This document shows, one piece after another, positions 62,090-64,000 of a stretch of 64,000 nt of DNA. This DNA comes from Chiloscyllium plagiosum. Its lineage: Eukaryota. Every line of letters begins with the position of its first letter. Position 1 is the stretch's first letter. The position numbers were made by a program, and so were the translations under genes. The stretch covers positions 1,997,803 through 2,061,802 of the forward strand of contig NC_057755.1 of assembly GCF_004010195.1 (NCBI RefSeq), written 5' to 3'. The notes beneath the pieces were generated by a model. That model did no database searches. It was not told the DNA's origin and was given only the letters and a program-made list of their open reading frames with translations.

Positions 62090-62920
62090 TGTAACCCAAT
62101 CCTGCGGCTGTGGTATTCTCTGTATAAATGCTCGTGATTACGTCGATTAGAATCCAGTCAATATCTCACTCCCGGATATCTGTTATTCTATATCTAAACT
62201 ATCCTGAAACCCTCGATTAGATTCCAAAATGTATCTCACTCCCGGCATCTATTATTCTATACACAACCTACCCTGAACCCTTCCATTAGATTTTTGTCTG
62301 TAGCTCACTCCCACTATCTCATTCTATAAATAAACTACTCTGAACCCTTCGATTAGGTTCCTGCCTGTATCTGGCTCTCTGTATCTGTTATTCTATGCAT
62401 AAGATACCCTGAACCCTTTGATTTGATTCCAGTCAGTATCTCACTCCTGGGTATCTGCGATTCGATATATAAACTATCCTGAAGCTTTTGATTAGATTCC
62501 AGCCTATAACTCACTCATGAGTGTCCGTTATTTTATAAATAAATGCTCCAATCCCATAGATAAAATTCCAATCTGTAACCTATTTTTCATTTACCTGTTA
62601 CTCCACACATAACACCAGCCCCTGAAACTTTCCATTAGATTCCAGCCGATACCTTATTCTTGAGTATCTGTGGTTCCAAAGATAAACGCCCGAAACACTT
62701 CAGTTACATTTCAGTCTGTATCTCACTTCCCAGTTTTGTTTACTTAGTTATGAACCACATCGTATCCTTCGACGATACTTTTATCCGAAACTCACTCCCT
62801 GGTACCTATTACTCTGTATATTAATCCCCAATCCCTCAAGTAGATTTCAGACTGAAACTCCCTCCGCGGTGTCTTACAATACATAAACTCACTGCGACCA
62901 TCGATGAGATTCCAGTCACT
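62090..62920. repeat. ~69-bp degenerate satellite, ~12 copies
   Basis: Unit gattagattccagtctgtatctcactcccggtatctgttattctatatataaactaccctgaacccctc. Isolated units also occur at ~61100-61270 in both orientations. Confidence 0.85.
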
Positions 62921-62999
62921 AATTCAATATAAACTAAATGGTTGAATATTAAATTGGGAGCAGAAACACAGAAAGTAGAATTTCACTTCTGCCTCATTT

Positions 63000-63660
63000 T
63001 GTTGCCCCAAAAAATATTAGTTTCTTGGAGTGCAGTGGTTTAAGAAGACCTCTGATGTGAGATGGATGTGCAGAGGGATTGCACATCCATGGAGAAGAGG
63101 ATGCAGCTAGGACCAAGGAAGAAAAATCTACAAATTTTGCAACTAACTGAAAGCTTCAGAAGAATCATGGATATGAGTGCTTTTTCAATTGTTTTCCATT
63201 TCAGTAAGTCACAGCACTCCCATGCAATAATTTCCCACTGTACCTCGCATCTTTATTTTCTGCCATGACCTTTGATATGTCAATTTATTTTTAAGAAATG
63301 AAGCTTTTTCACCATCATCATTGGCACATGTTCCACCCTCAAATAAATGCAATAAAATCACAAAACAATGTTGACTCTGCCAGATTATCTTGACCTGCTC
63401 CATGTGGCCTGTTGAATAATATCTTCCCACAGTTTCACTTTGACATGTTAAGCTAACTGGTGTATGCTTTCTGCCTCCTGATTGCCTTTTAAATACAGGA
63501 CTTCCAATTGCGATCTTCGAATAGACTGGGACTGAATCATGAATCATCAGGAAGAGCATTAGTTTGAAGAAATCATAGTAAGACTCTTTCACTCGCAGGG
63601 TAGCGGTTTCCCCATTCTCCATCAGAATGGATTTTTTTTTGAGGAGATTAATGATTCTAA
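63000..63660 (-). mobile_element. Degraded CR1-like RT fragment
   Basis: PVSLT...QSQHCFV...FEGGT remnants. Confidence 0.55.
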
Positions 63661-64000
63661 CAGGTGTATTACCAAAGCAATGGAGGTGAATCTGCATTGT
63701 TGCAAACATGTTAGTTTTGAAATTTGCTGAATTCCCTTGCAGATATGCTCATGCCCGTTCCCGTACAAAAACCACACACCCACAAACACGCACACAGATG
63801 CACATACACAGAGACGCACACAGACAGACAGATGCACACGCACACACCCACACACTGACAGGCATACACACATAGTCGCGCACACACAAACAGATGTGCG
63901 TGCACACACACAGACAGACATGCACACATGCTCATGCGTTCGCACAGAAAAACACAAGTGTGTGCACACACAGACACCCGCACATGTGCATAGACACGCA

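Overview
Eukaryotic, repeat-dense DNA, most likely from an elasmobranch (shark). This is an inference from HE1/V-SINE-like SINEs, abundant CR1 LINEs, Penelope-like elements and GPR139-like receptors. There are two 500-N assembly gaps. The only confident host genes are two paralogous, convergently oriented, two-exon class A GPCR genes of the GPR139/GPR142-like type: + strand 18235-18301/20425-21311 (317 aa) and - strand 58332-58266/52624-51744 (315 aa). They share homologous upstream, intronic and 3' flanking sequence, but their predicted ligand-pocket residues differ sharply. Most of the rest is transposon-derived, including many CR1 LINE copies (one near full length with ORF1 esterase and ORF2, nested inside another CR1) and tRNA-derived SINEs. 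Two Penelope-like (PLE) families carry minimal hammerhead-ribozyme motifs and repeatedly insert as tail-outward inverted pairs with 10-15 bp target duplications; the largest is a 5-kb structure at 39506-44580. Also present: a degraded retrovirus-like remnant (aspartic protease and env-like pieces, about 4.0-9.2 kb), a 54-bp minisatellite of about 35 units, other tandem repeats, a CpG-rich CRE-containing patch, and weak evidence for a decayed Cys-rich secreted-protein gene on the minus strand at 22.9-29.2 kb.
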